Shown: piece by piece, positions 1-6,437 of the stretch
Position numbering within the stretch: the first letter of the stretch is position 1
Layout: the number at the start of each line of letters is the position of its first letter
Virus record (IMG/VR): IMGVR_UViG_2778261247_000010
DNA: 6,502 bases
Origin: a virus
Lineage: Duplodnaviria > Heunggongvirae > Uroviricota > Caudoviricetes
Strand: one strand, 5' to 3'
Program-made: the position numbers and the translations under genes
The notes under the pieces: generated by a model
Databases searched by the model: none
Seen by the model: the letters and a program-made list of their open reading frames with translations, nothing else
What the model was told of the DNA's origin: nothing

Positions 1-2142
1 GAAGGCTCCAGACCAGGTACGCTGAATGATTTTCTCGGTGCCATGACGGAAGATGATGTCATGCCGGAGGCATTGCGTCGTTTTGAGGCAATGGTGGAAG
101 AAGTGGCACGCAACGCCGAAGCCGCCTCTCAGAGCGCAGCGGCGGCAAAGAAATCCGAAACTGCAGCGGCATCATCAAAGAACGCGGCGAAAACCTCAGA
201 AACGAATGCAGCTAATAGTGCACAGGCGGCAGCGACCTCAAAGACTGCATCGGCAAACTCCGCGACAGCAGCCAAAAAATCAGAAACCAACGCGAAAAAT
301 AGCGAGACAGCCGCAAAGACGAGCGAAACCAACGCAAAGTCCAGCCAGACGGCAGCGAAAACCAGCGAAACGAATGCCAAAGCCAGTGAAACTGCGGCAA
401 AAAACAGCCAGGTTGCAGCAGCCCAAAGCGAGAGCGCGGCAGCCGGTTCTGCGACTTCAGCAGCTGGATCAGCAACTGCTGCGGCTAACAGCCAGAAAGC
501 TGCGAAGACGAGTGAAACTAACGCAAAGTCCAGCCAGACGGCAGCGAAGACCAGCGAAACGAATGCCAAAGCCAGCGAAACTGCGGCGAAAAACAGCCAG
601 GTTGCAGCAGCCCAAAGCGAGAGCGCGGCAGCTGGTTCTGCAAGCGCGGCGGCTGCTTCTGCCACTGCATCAGCCAACAGTCAAAAAGCGGCAAAAACCA
701 GTGAAACCAATGCAAAGACAAGCGAGACTGCAGCGGCGAACTCGGCGAAAGCATCGGCAGCAAGCCAGACGGCTGCAAAAGCAAGTGAAGACGCAGCCAG
801 AGAGTATGCAAGCCAGGCTGCGGAGCCGTATAAACAAGTATTGCAGCCGCTTCCCGATGTGTGGATACCGTTTAACGATTCACTGGATATGATTACGGGC
901 TTTTCGCCGTCATATAAAAAGATTGTTATTGGTGATGATGAAATAACGATGCCTGGCGATAAGGTTGTAAAGTTTAAACGCGCATCAAAAGCAACTTACA
1001 TTAATAAATCTGGTGTGCTGACAGAGGCTGCCATTGACGAGCCACGATTTGAACGTGATGGCCTGCTTATTGAGGGGCAAAGAACAAACTACATGCTCAA
1101 TTCGGAAAACCCTGCCAGTTGGGGGCGATCGTCAAATATGGATGTTCCCGAAACCGGGAAGGATAGTTTTGGTTTTACCTATGGAAAGTTCGTCTGTAAC
1201 GATTCTCTGATTGGGCAAACCTCAGCCATTAATATGGCATCAATTGCTGCAACAAAGTCAGTTGATGTCTCAGGCTATAATAAATACGTGACAACCTCAT
1301 GTCGTTTTAAAACAGAACTGCAGGTAAGGTTGCGTATCCGGTTTGATAAATATGACGGTAGCGCAACAACTTTTCTTGGTGATGCGTATATTGATACACA
1401 AACGCTTGAAATTAATATGACAGGCGGTGCTGCCTCAAGGATTACAGCGAGAGTCAGAAAGGACGAAGCTACCGGATGGATTTTTGCAGAGGCAACAATT
1501 CAGGCAATTGATGGGGAGTTAAAAATAGGTTCTCAGATACAGTATTCTCCTAAGCAGGGCGGGGCAACCGTATCTGGTGACTATATTTATCTGGCCACCC
1601 CACAAGTAGAAAATGGGCCTTGTGTATCATCTTTTATTATATCAGGAACGACGGCGGCGACCCGCGCAAGCGATATAGTTACAGTTCCCATTAAGAATAA
1701 TCTTTATAATCTTCCTTTTACGGTTCTTTGTGAGGTACATAAGAACTGGTATAAAACGCCAAATGCAGCGCCGCGTGTTTTTGATACCGGCGGTCATCAA
1801 ACCGGAGCGGCTATTATTCTTGGGTTCGGATCTGCGGCAGATGGGCCAGACGGATTTCCTTATTGCGATATTGGAGGAGCTAACAGACGGGTAAACGAAA
1901 ACGCATCGCTTGAAAAAATGGTTATGGGGATGCGTGTAAAATCAGATCAGTCTACGTGCTCAGTAAGTAACGGGCGCATATCCAGCGAAAAAAAGACTAC
2001 GTGGTCCTATATTCAGAACTCTGCAACCATCCGTATTGGAGGCCAGACTACAGCAGGGTCACGTCATTTATTTGGTCATATCAGGAATTTCAGAATATGG
2101 CATAAGGCATTGACTGATGCTCAGGTGGGGGAGTCAATCTAA
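1..2142 (+). CDS. stf: Side tail fibre protein (Stf-like), 5'-partial: Ala/Ser/Thr-rich repeat shaft plus C-terminal LamG/ConA-like lectin-type domain
   Basis: Frame +1 has no stop from base 1 to the first ATG at 43, so the gene very probably starts upstream of the window (translation from base 1: EGSRPGTLNDFLGAMTEDD...). Nt ~43-830 encode a low-complexity A/S/T/K-rich shaft with reiterated KTSETNAK and AAKNSQ motifs typical of phage tail-fibre repeat regions. The C-terminus (...GSRHLFGHIRNFRIWHKALTDAQVGESI) has the characteristic ending of LamG/ConA-like lectin domains (inference). Stop TAA at 2140-2142. Confidence 0.88.
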   Translation, partial: EGSRPGTLNDFLGAMTEDDVMPEALRRFEAMVEEVARNAEAASQSAAAAKKSETAAASSKNAAKTSETNAANSAQAAATSKTASANSATAAKKSETNAKNSETAAKTSETNAKSSQTAAKTSETNAKASETAAKNSQVAAAQSESAAAGSATSAAGSATAAANSQKAAKTSETNAKSSQTAAKTSETNAKASETAAKNSQVAAAQSESAAAGSASAAAASATASANSQKAAKTSETNAKTSETAAANSAKASAASQTAAKASEDAAREYASQAAEPYKQVLQPLPDVWIPFNDSLDMITGFSPSYKKIVIGDDEITMPGDKVVKFKRASKATYINKSGVLTEAAIDEPRFERDGLLIEGQRTNYMLNSENPASWGRSSNMDVPETGKDSFGFTYGKFVCNDSLIGQTSAINMASIAATKSVDVSGYNKYVTTSCRFKTELQVRLRIRFDKYDGSATTFLGDAYIDTQTLEINMTGGAASRITARVRKDEATGWIFAEATIQAIDGELKIGSQIQYSPKQGGATVSGDYIYLATPQVENGPCVSSFIISGTTAATRASDIVTVPIKNNLYNLPFTVLCEVHKNWYKTPNAAPRVFDTGGHQTGAAIILGFGSAADGPDGFPYCDIGGANRRVNENASLEKMVMGMRVKSDQSTCSVSNGRISSEKKTTWSYIQNSATIRIGGQTTAGSRHLFGHIRNFRIWHKALTDAQVGESI
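313..641 (+). repeat. Intragenic in-frame tandem duplication (two ~140-bp copies, period 189 bp) inside the tail-fibre shaft
   Basis: Copy 1 ~313-452 and copy 2 ~502-641 differ at about 7 positions by eye, all at synonymous third-codon positions (agc/agt, acc/act, aaa/aag, gca/gcg, gcc/gct). Both encode the identical 48-aa block AAKTSETNAKSSQTAAKTSETNAKASETAAKNSQVAAAQSESAAAGSA. Confidence 0.9.
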
Positions 2143-2423
2143 TGAAAGATTTAACACTCAAATTTGCAGACAGGGCCGACTTTTCGGCCTTTATGGAGAG
2201 CACTGGCTATTATGATGACGAGTCGATGCAGGATAATATTCTTATTGACGTGATAGGTAACGTGTACAAAGAAACCGGAGAACTGACTGAAGATGGCGAA
2301 CCGGTATGTGTTAAGGAAGACGGATATTTTGTAAACGTGCGCATCATTAATGATGCAAAAAAATCGTCAATATTCGATAAATACGAGGTTGTTGTTGAGC
2401 ATCAACTTCGTGGCTGGATGTGA
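2142..2423 (+). CDS. Hypothetical small acidic protein (93 aa), translationally coupled to the tail-fibre gene; possible fibre accessory or assembly factor
   Basis: ATG at 2142 shares one base with the upstream TAA (cTAATG). SD GGGGGAG at 2127-2133 with 8-nt spacer. Product is D/E-rich with no hydrophobic segment. No family recognised from sequence alone. Stop TGA at 2421-2423 lies 9 bp before the next gene. Confidence 0.7.
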   Translation: MKDLTLKFADRADFSAFMESTGYYDDESMQDNILIDVIGNVYKETGELTEDGEPVCVKEDGYFVNVRIINDAKKSSIFDKYEVVVEHQLRGWM

Positions 2424-2432
2424 GGGAGACAA

Positions 2433-3473
2433 ATGGCTACATCGACAGTAATTCCTGATGACATCAAAACGCTAAAATCCGACGTTAGCAAATTAAAAAA
2501 CGATCAAGGAAGCTACGCAACAAAATCATATGTAGACAGCAAAGATGAAACCGTTGGTGACTGGTCTGCTTCATGGTATCAGCAGGTATTGCCAACTAGC
2601 GGAGCTATATTTGGGAGAAAACTCCGCTCAACTCACAGGACGGCAGGTGTTGAGGATGCGTATTGCGAACTATATCTCAAAAAATGGATAGACAGTCCAG
2701 GTAACGCAATGGCGCGCCTTAACCTGAACGATAACGGGAAAAACATTTGCTGGGACTTTACCAACCTTTATGGCGGTACGATGATTTTTCCCGGTGACAG
2801 CGGATACCTCAAAATGGGTAACTGCCTTATGTCATACAGCAAACGTGGAAGTAACGCGCTTATTAAATTTGATTACACCGACACATTACAGATCAAATAT
2901 GCTAATCATGGGTCAACCATGACATTAACCACACAGGGATCCGCTCACGCTGGCGTAACAACTAGACTATGGGGTAATTCTAGCCGTCCGGTTGTTTATG
3001 AAGTTGGCGTAGATGAGGCTCTGTATATGTTCTACGCACAGAAAACTACCAGCAATACCTACGAATTAACGGTTAACGGCGCGTGCAATGCAAGTGCATT
3101 TAATCAAGGCTCTGACCGGGATCTGAAAGACAATATTCAGGTGATCGATAATGCAACCGACCGCATTCGTAAAATGAACGGCTATACATACACGCTTAAA
3201 GAAAACGGTATGCCTTACGCTGGTGTTATTGCACAAGAAACCCTGGAAGCCATCCCCGAAGCCGTAGGGTCTATGATGAAATATCCAGACGGCGGGAGTG
3301 GATTAGATGGAGAAGAAGGTGAACGGTATTACACAGTAGATTATTCTGGTGTTACTGGCTTGCTTGTTCAGGTAGCCAGAGAGTCGGACGACAGAATAAC
3401 AGCACTGGAAGAAGAAAACGCAGAATTAAGACAAAGATTATCTGCAATTGAGGCGGCGCTTGCGTCTAAATAA
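2433..3473 (+). CDS. Tail fibre/tailspike-like protein with C-terminal self-cleaving intramolecular chaperone domain (peptidase S74-like)
   Basis: SD GAGGGAG at 2422-2428, ATG at 2433. From Ser227 (nt 3111) the sequence G-S-D-R-D-L-K-D-N-I-Q-V-I-D-N-A-T-D-R-I-R-K-M-N-G-Y-T-Y-T-L-K...AGVIAQE...PEAV shows the Ser/Lys dyad spaced five residues apart (S227, K232) and downstream motifs typical of the S74 chaperone domain of endosialidases and L-shaped tail fibres. Ends in a coiled-coil-like segment ITALEEENAELRQRLSAIEAALASK. The N-terminal ~226 aa would be the mature fibre part. Confidence 0.75.
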   Translation: MATSTVIPDDIKTLKSDVSKLKNDQGSYATKSYVDSKDETVGDWSASWYQQVLPTSGAIFGRKLRSTHRTAGVEDAYCELYLKKWIDSPGNAMARLNLNDNGKNICWDFTNLYGGTMIFPGDSGYLKMGNCLMSYSKRGSNALIKFDYTDTLQIKYANHGSTMTLTTQGSAHAGVTTRLWGNSSRPVVYEVGVDEALYMFYAQKTTSNTYELTVNGACNASAFNQGSDRDLKDNIQVIDNATDRIRKMNGYTYTLKENGMPYAGVIAQETLEAIPEAVGSMMKYPDGGSGLDGEEGERYYTVDYSGVTGLLVQVARESDDRITALEEENAELRQRLSAIEAALASK

Positions 3474-3478
3474 TATTA

Positions 3479-3502
3479 AGGGGCCGAGCGCCCCGTTTTA
3501 TT
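3479..3502 (+). terminator. Rho-independent terminator after the fibre operon
   Basis: GC hairpin GGGGC-cgagc-GCCCC (3480-3494) followed by GTTTTATT, immediately after the TAA stop at 3471-3473. Confidence 0.6.
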
Positions 3503-3515
3503 GGGTAGGATGAAA

Positions 3516-3803
3516 ATGGATATAACACCTTTCCTTCATGCACTTTGTGCTGTGGCTGCGCAGCTACTGATTGGTCTTTTTACCGGGAACTGGGCTTACG
3601 GGGCGATAGCCGGTTGTACGTTCTTCATTGCGCGTGAACACACCCAGGCAGAATATCGCTGGATTGAAATGTTCGGGCATGGCAAGCGTATGAATATGCC
3701 GTGGTGGGGCGGTTTTGATCTACGCGCGTGGGATGTAGCAAGCCTGATGGATTTTGCTGTGCCGGTGGTGGCGTGTTTACTTGTATTTATATTTTTTGAA
3801 TAA
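3516..3803 (+). CDS. Small integral membrane protein (~95 aa, three predicted hydrophobic helices); moron-type accessory gene candidate
   Basis: The ORF track begins at TTG 3501 (MGRMKMDIT...). ATG at 3516 preceded by AGGA (3507-3510, 5-nt spacer) is the better supported start; ATG 3510 is also possible. Hydrophobic segments FLHALCAVAAQLLIGLF, AYGAIAGCTFFIA and LMDFAVPVVACLLVFIFF. No family recognised. Stop TAA at 3801-3803. The gene is bracketed by hairpin terminators on both sides. Confidence 0.65.
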   Translation: MDITPFLHALCAVAAQLLIGLFTGNWAYGAIAGCTFFIAREHTQAEYRWIEMFGHGKRMNMPWWGGFDLRAWDVASLMDFAVPVVACLLVFIFFE

Positions 3804-3808
3804 AATTA

Positions 3809-3835
3809 AGACCCCATCTATAACTGATGGGGTCT
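3809..3835. terminator. Bidirectional intrinsic terminator between convergent genes (membrane-protein ORF and sopB)
   Basis: Perfect 10-bp stem AGACCCCATC (3809-3818) / GATGGGGTCT (3826-3835) with 7-nt loop TATAACT. T-rich runs follow on both strands (ATTCTATTTTCT on +; TAATTTTATT on -). Sits between the + strand stop at 3803 and the - strand sopB stop at 3852-3854. Confidence 0.8.
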
Positions 3836-3851
3836 ATTCTATTTTCTGCTA

Positions 3852-4841
3852 TTAGTTATTTTTTACATCGGAAGAATTTCCAAACGCCTCCTCAAGAATA
3901 GATTCAATTTTACTCATTAGGTGCGATGGTATTTTTCTGTTATCTAATTTTAATGTTGTGAAATTTTTCCCATATTTCGCCACAACACCGTCTCCATATT
4001 TCTTTTCCCTTTTCTCTCCATGTGAATTGTTTTTCTCAACAATAATGAAATCATGAAGAGCCTGTATTATTCTTTGCGCATCTAAACTTTCACCTGATTT
4101 TTTCATCCTCAGCAACTGAGATGCAGCATTTTTCATGGCTGCTTCCTGTCCCTGATATGCTTTAAAAAGAGCGTCTCCTGCTCTGGCTGATAACTCACCA
4201 GGATGGTTAAATATTGCCAATATATCTTTAGGTAAACCGGCTGTATTAATACATCGGCTGATAATATTTCTATCCACGCCTTCGGCTTCAGCTAAAGATT
4301 TTACGTTACCGTCAAATTCATGGAGCCTTCGCAGGTATCTTTTCCCCCTTTCATAGGCGCTGATAGGTCTATAGTCGTTGCCTATCTGCGATAACCATTG
4401 CATTTGTTCATCATCTAAATCGCCAATAAGAACACGATAATCGCATCCAGTTATAATGGCTGCTTTACGTCTTCGAGAACCATCAGCTACTTCAACAATA
4501 CCTGACACTTTTCTTGCGAAAGCCGGATTTTGTTGCCCAGAAGTTAGAAAAGATGGAATTAAATCAGCTAGAGAAGATTCATTTAATAAATCTTGATCAC
4601 GCTCATTACCTAGCCATACCATTGTTGCCATTTCTACTTTATCTGCGGGGATCGTCTCTAACTTAAAGTTAACATTACGTCCGCATACTGGCAAAGTTAT
4701 GCTATTACCGGTTAATGAACTCAGTTGACGTTTTAAATCACCAACCATAGGTGATACCGGCTGATGTTCAGGTGCATGATGATTATTACTCATAATGCGA
4801 TTAATATCCGGAGCATTTTTTAGAAGAGAGCGTTGTTTCAT
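3852..4841 (-). CDS. sopB: Plasmid partition protein SopB (ParB family, F-type centromere-binding protein)
   Basis: 329 aa. By-eye similarity to F-plasmid SopB over conserved blocks (GNERDQ.LL.E..L.DLIPSFL.TGQQ.PAF.R.VSG..E.ADGSRRRKAA; GNDYRP.SAYERG.RY; RCINTA.LPK...A.F.HPGELSAR.GDAL.KA). SD GGGAG 8 nt upstream of the start. ATG at 4839-4841 overlaps the sopA stop (ATGA, 4838-4841), implying translational coupling. Confidence 0.95.
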   Translation of the reverse strand: MKQRSLLKNAPDINRIMSNNHHAPEHQPVSPMVGDLKRQLSSLTGNSITLPVCGRNVNFKLETIPADKVEMATMVWLGNERDQDLLNESSLADLIPSFLTSGQQNPAFARKVSGIVEVADGSRRRKAAIITGCDYRVLIGDLDDEQMQWLSQIGNDYRPISAYERGKRYLRRLHEFDGNVKSLAEAEGVDRNIISRCINTAGLPKDILAIFNHPGELSARAGDALFKAYQGQEAAMKNAASQLLRMKKSGESLDAQRIIQALHDFIIVEKNNSHGEKREKKYGDGVVAKYGKNFTTLKLDNRKIPSHLMSKIESILEEAFGNSSDVKNN

Positions 4842-6007
4842 TCTTCGTTCTCCCAGCGAGGTTTTATTAGATCATCAAAAATTTCTCGACAAACAGGGTC
4901 CCATATAGAGACGGCATTTCTCCATGCATTAAGTGTTGAACGCTGGTTTGCCGCTTGTTCAAATACTGTTCGCATTTTTATCTGACCTTTACCTACTTCA
5001 TCGGTAACGCGTACAACCTGACGTAATACCATTGATCCCCATGTATTTCTTATTTGCTCTTCCATCCATCGTGATTGATTTCCTGTAGTGAGACTATATT
5101 TAGTCAGAAGCAAGCGAACGGTCGGCTCAAATCCGCCTAGGTCAACGCTTTCTAGGAGATCGAGAAGCATTGTGAAAAACTGTAGAACAGAGGCGTAATC
5201 AAATAATTCTGCAGGGGTAGCAACAACGATAACGTCAGCTGCGCAAACAACGTTAATGGTTCCTGTACCGAGGTTTGGAGCACTATCTATAACGATAACA
5301 TCGTAGTTATCCCAAACTGATTCTATAGCTGCGCGTAGCATCAGGTGAGGAGGGTGAGGCAATTTACCCTGAGCATGATATTGCATGAGATCTGTTTCTA
5401 TACGGTGTAAAGCTAGGCAGCTAGGAATAATGTCCAGTCCAGGCCAGCATGTTGGTTTTATAGCATATTCAGCGTTATCGCGTTCGCCCAAGTAAAATGG
5501 CAGTAAAGTATCCTCGGCATGTATATGTAAATCAGGTACATAACCGTGATACATGGAGGCTGTTCCCTGAGGATCGTTACCTTCAACTAAAAGAACACGA
5601 TGACCTTGTAATGCTAGCCATTGTGCCTGATGTACTGCAGACGATGTTTTATAAACTCCGCCTTTGTGTGACATAACAGCAAGCACAACTGGGTTTTTAT
5701 CTTGTGGCCGTTGGTTTGGGTTGCCAAAAACAGCTCGCATACTATTGATTTGATCTATGGTATAACCGGCACGACGTTCAACTCTTCCTCTCATTTCAAA
5801 GTCAGGTGCAGGTAAACGCCCGTTCTTCTCAGCATCTCTTATTGCTTGAGGAGTTACACCAATTAAATCTGCTACTTCAGTTATCCCCCATCTACGCGTG
5901 ATACGCCGAGCTTCAGGACTATCATCACCGAATTGAGCTATAGCAATTGCTTGGGTCATTTCTTGACCGCGCGTAACACAATCTTGTAATAACTTTTTCA
6001 AAGACAT
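4838..6007 (-). CDS. sopA: Plasmid partition ATPase SopA (type Ia ParA with N-terminal HTH autoregulatory extension)
   Basis: 389 aa. Deviant Walker A KGGVYKTS, A' region VLLVEGNDPQGTASMYHG, Walker B DVIVIDSAPNLG. N-terminal region ...AIAIAQFGDDSPEARRITRRWGITEVADLIGVTPQAIRDAEKNGRLP... is near-colinear with F SopA as recalled. SD GGAG (minus strand, + coordinates 6016-6019) 8 nt before the ATG at 6007. Confidence 0.96.
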   Translation of the reverse strand: MSLKKLLQDCVTRGQEMTQAIAIAQFGDDSPEARRITRRWGITEVADLIGVTPQAIRDAEKNGRLPAPDFEMRGRVERRAGYTIDQINSMRAVFGNPNQRPQDKNPVVLAVMSHKGGVYKTSSAVHQAQWLALQGHRVLLVEGNDPQGTASMYHGYVPDLHIHAEDTLLPFYLGERDNAEYAIKPTCWPGLDIIPSCLALHRIETDLMQYHAQGKLPHPPHLMLRAAIESVWDNYDVIVIDSAPNLGTGTINVVCAADVIVVATPAELFDYASVLQFFTMLLDLLESVDLGGFEPTVRLLLTKYSLTTGNQSRWMEEQIRNTWGSMVLRQVVRVTDEVGKGQIKMRTVFEQAANQRSTLNAWRNAVSIWDPVCREIFDDLIKPRWENEE

Positions 6008-6028
6008 ACTGTCATCTCCAGCTTATAA

Positions 6029-6106
6029 CTTTGCTTAATAATTATTGCTTTGCATATTTCTAGCAAATTGACATAGAAAAAGCAAAGTAAAACAAAAAAG
6101 GCAAAG
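6029..6106 (-). promoter_or_regulatory. sopAB promoter/operator: four CTTTGC hexamers (SopA autoregulatory motif) in dyad arrangement
   Basis: CTTTGC on + at 6029-6034 and 6048-6053; CTTTGC on - (GCAAAG on +) at 6082-6087 and 6101-6106. Spacing is 19 bp within each pair and the whole set is exactly symmetric about 6067/6068. Candidate sigma70 hexamers on the minus strand lie among them (TTGCTA at 6061-6066 as -35; an A/T hexamer around 6038-6043 as -10); exact hexamers uncertain. In F, SopA represses sopAB through repeated CTTTGC motifs overlapping the promoter (established knowledge). Confidence 0.55.
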
Positions 6107-6294
6107 ACGAAGATTTGAACAAAATCATCTTTTGTTTTATCCCTTAAATGCAAAAAAAAACAACGACAAGATCATAACAAATTGATAATAAAGGATTTTT
6201 TAAAAGAAAGGAAATCGTATAAAACTAGTGAAACATGATGAAAATCATCAATGAGATACGTTTCCTCTATTTATTCTCCTAATCCTCACCAACA

Positions 6295-6437
6295 AAAGAA
6301 CACAATCAAAGATCGTAAAACAACAATAATAATTCACACAAAATAAAGAACACAAATACAGAAAACAACAACACAATAAAAACAAGAGAACACAAGCTAT
6401 AAATATTACACCAATAGAGAACACTAATCAAGAACAT
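6295..6437 (+). repeat. Array of phased GAACAC(A) direct repeats in an A+C-rich tract flanking the telomere-resolution palindrome (candidate protelomerase or accessory binding sites)
   Basis: GAACACAA at 6298-6305, 6348-6355 and 6388-6395; GAACAC at 6419-6424; GAACAT at 6432-6437, the last inside the palindrome arm. Start-to-start spacing is 50, 40, 31 and 13 bp. The + strand of ~6288-6426 is roughly 80% A+C by eye. Confidence 0.7.

Noticed and set aside
129-811. Three minus-strand ORFs (129-677, 212-475, 518-811) antisense to the fibre gene
   Set aside because: Antisense artefacts of the repetitive GC-rich shaft region. Their products are low-complexity A/L/F or R/L/S-rich strings, two of them mirror the internal duplication, and none has a start context.
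53-892. 279-aa Arg/Gln/Lys-rich ORF in an alternative + frame overlapping the tail-fibre repeat region
   Set aside because: Out-of-frame read of the GC-rich, Ala-codon-dense fibre repeat. Extreme basic low-complexity composition, no RBS, and fully nested in a well-supported gene.
43-2142. GC-content drop within the tail-fibre gene as evidence of recent horizontal acquisition of the tip
   Set aside because: Much of the shift is explained by amino-acid composition, since the Ala/Ser/Thr shaft forces GCN/AGC/ACN codons. Modular exchange is plausible but the composition change alone does not demonstrate it.
3501-3515. TTG start at 3501 for the small membrane-protein ORF
   Set aside because: The TTG overlaps the T-tract of the upstream terminator and lacks an SD. 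ATG 3516 with AGGA 5 nt upstream is better supported, and ATG 3510 remains possible.
3804-3851. Search for a sopC-like tandem centromere array downstream of sopB
   Set aside because: Only a single terminator hairpin is present. No 43-bp tandem repeats or TGGGACC/GGTCCCA inverted repeats were found, and the isolated GGTCCCA near 4896 inside sopA has no inverted partner.
6068-6073. TTGACA hexamer on the + strand as a rightward promoter toward the telomere
   Set aside because: No acceptable -10 element at 16-18 bp spacing on the + strand. The hexamer sits at the dyad centre of the CTTTGC operator and is more likely part of the leftward sopAB control region.
6295-6437. Possibility that the GAACAC repeats are a CRISPR array or replication iterons
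   Set aside because: Repeats are only 6-8 bp, spacings are irregular (50/40/31/13 bp) and there is no cas or rep gene context in the window. Their convergence on the palindrome fits telomere-site accessory repeats better.
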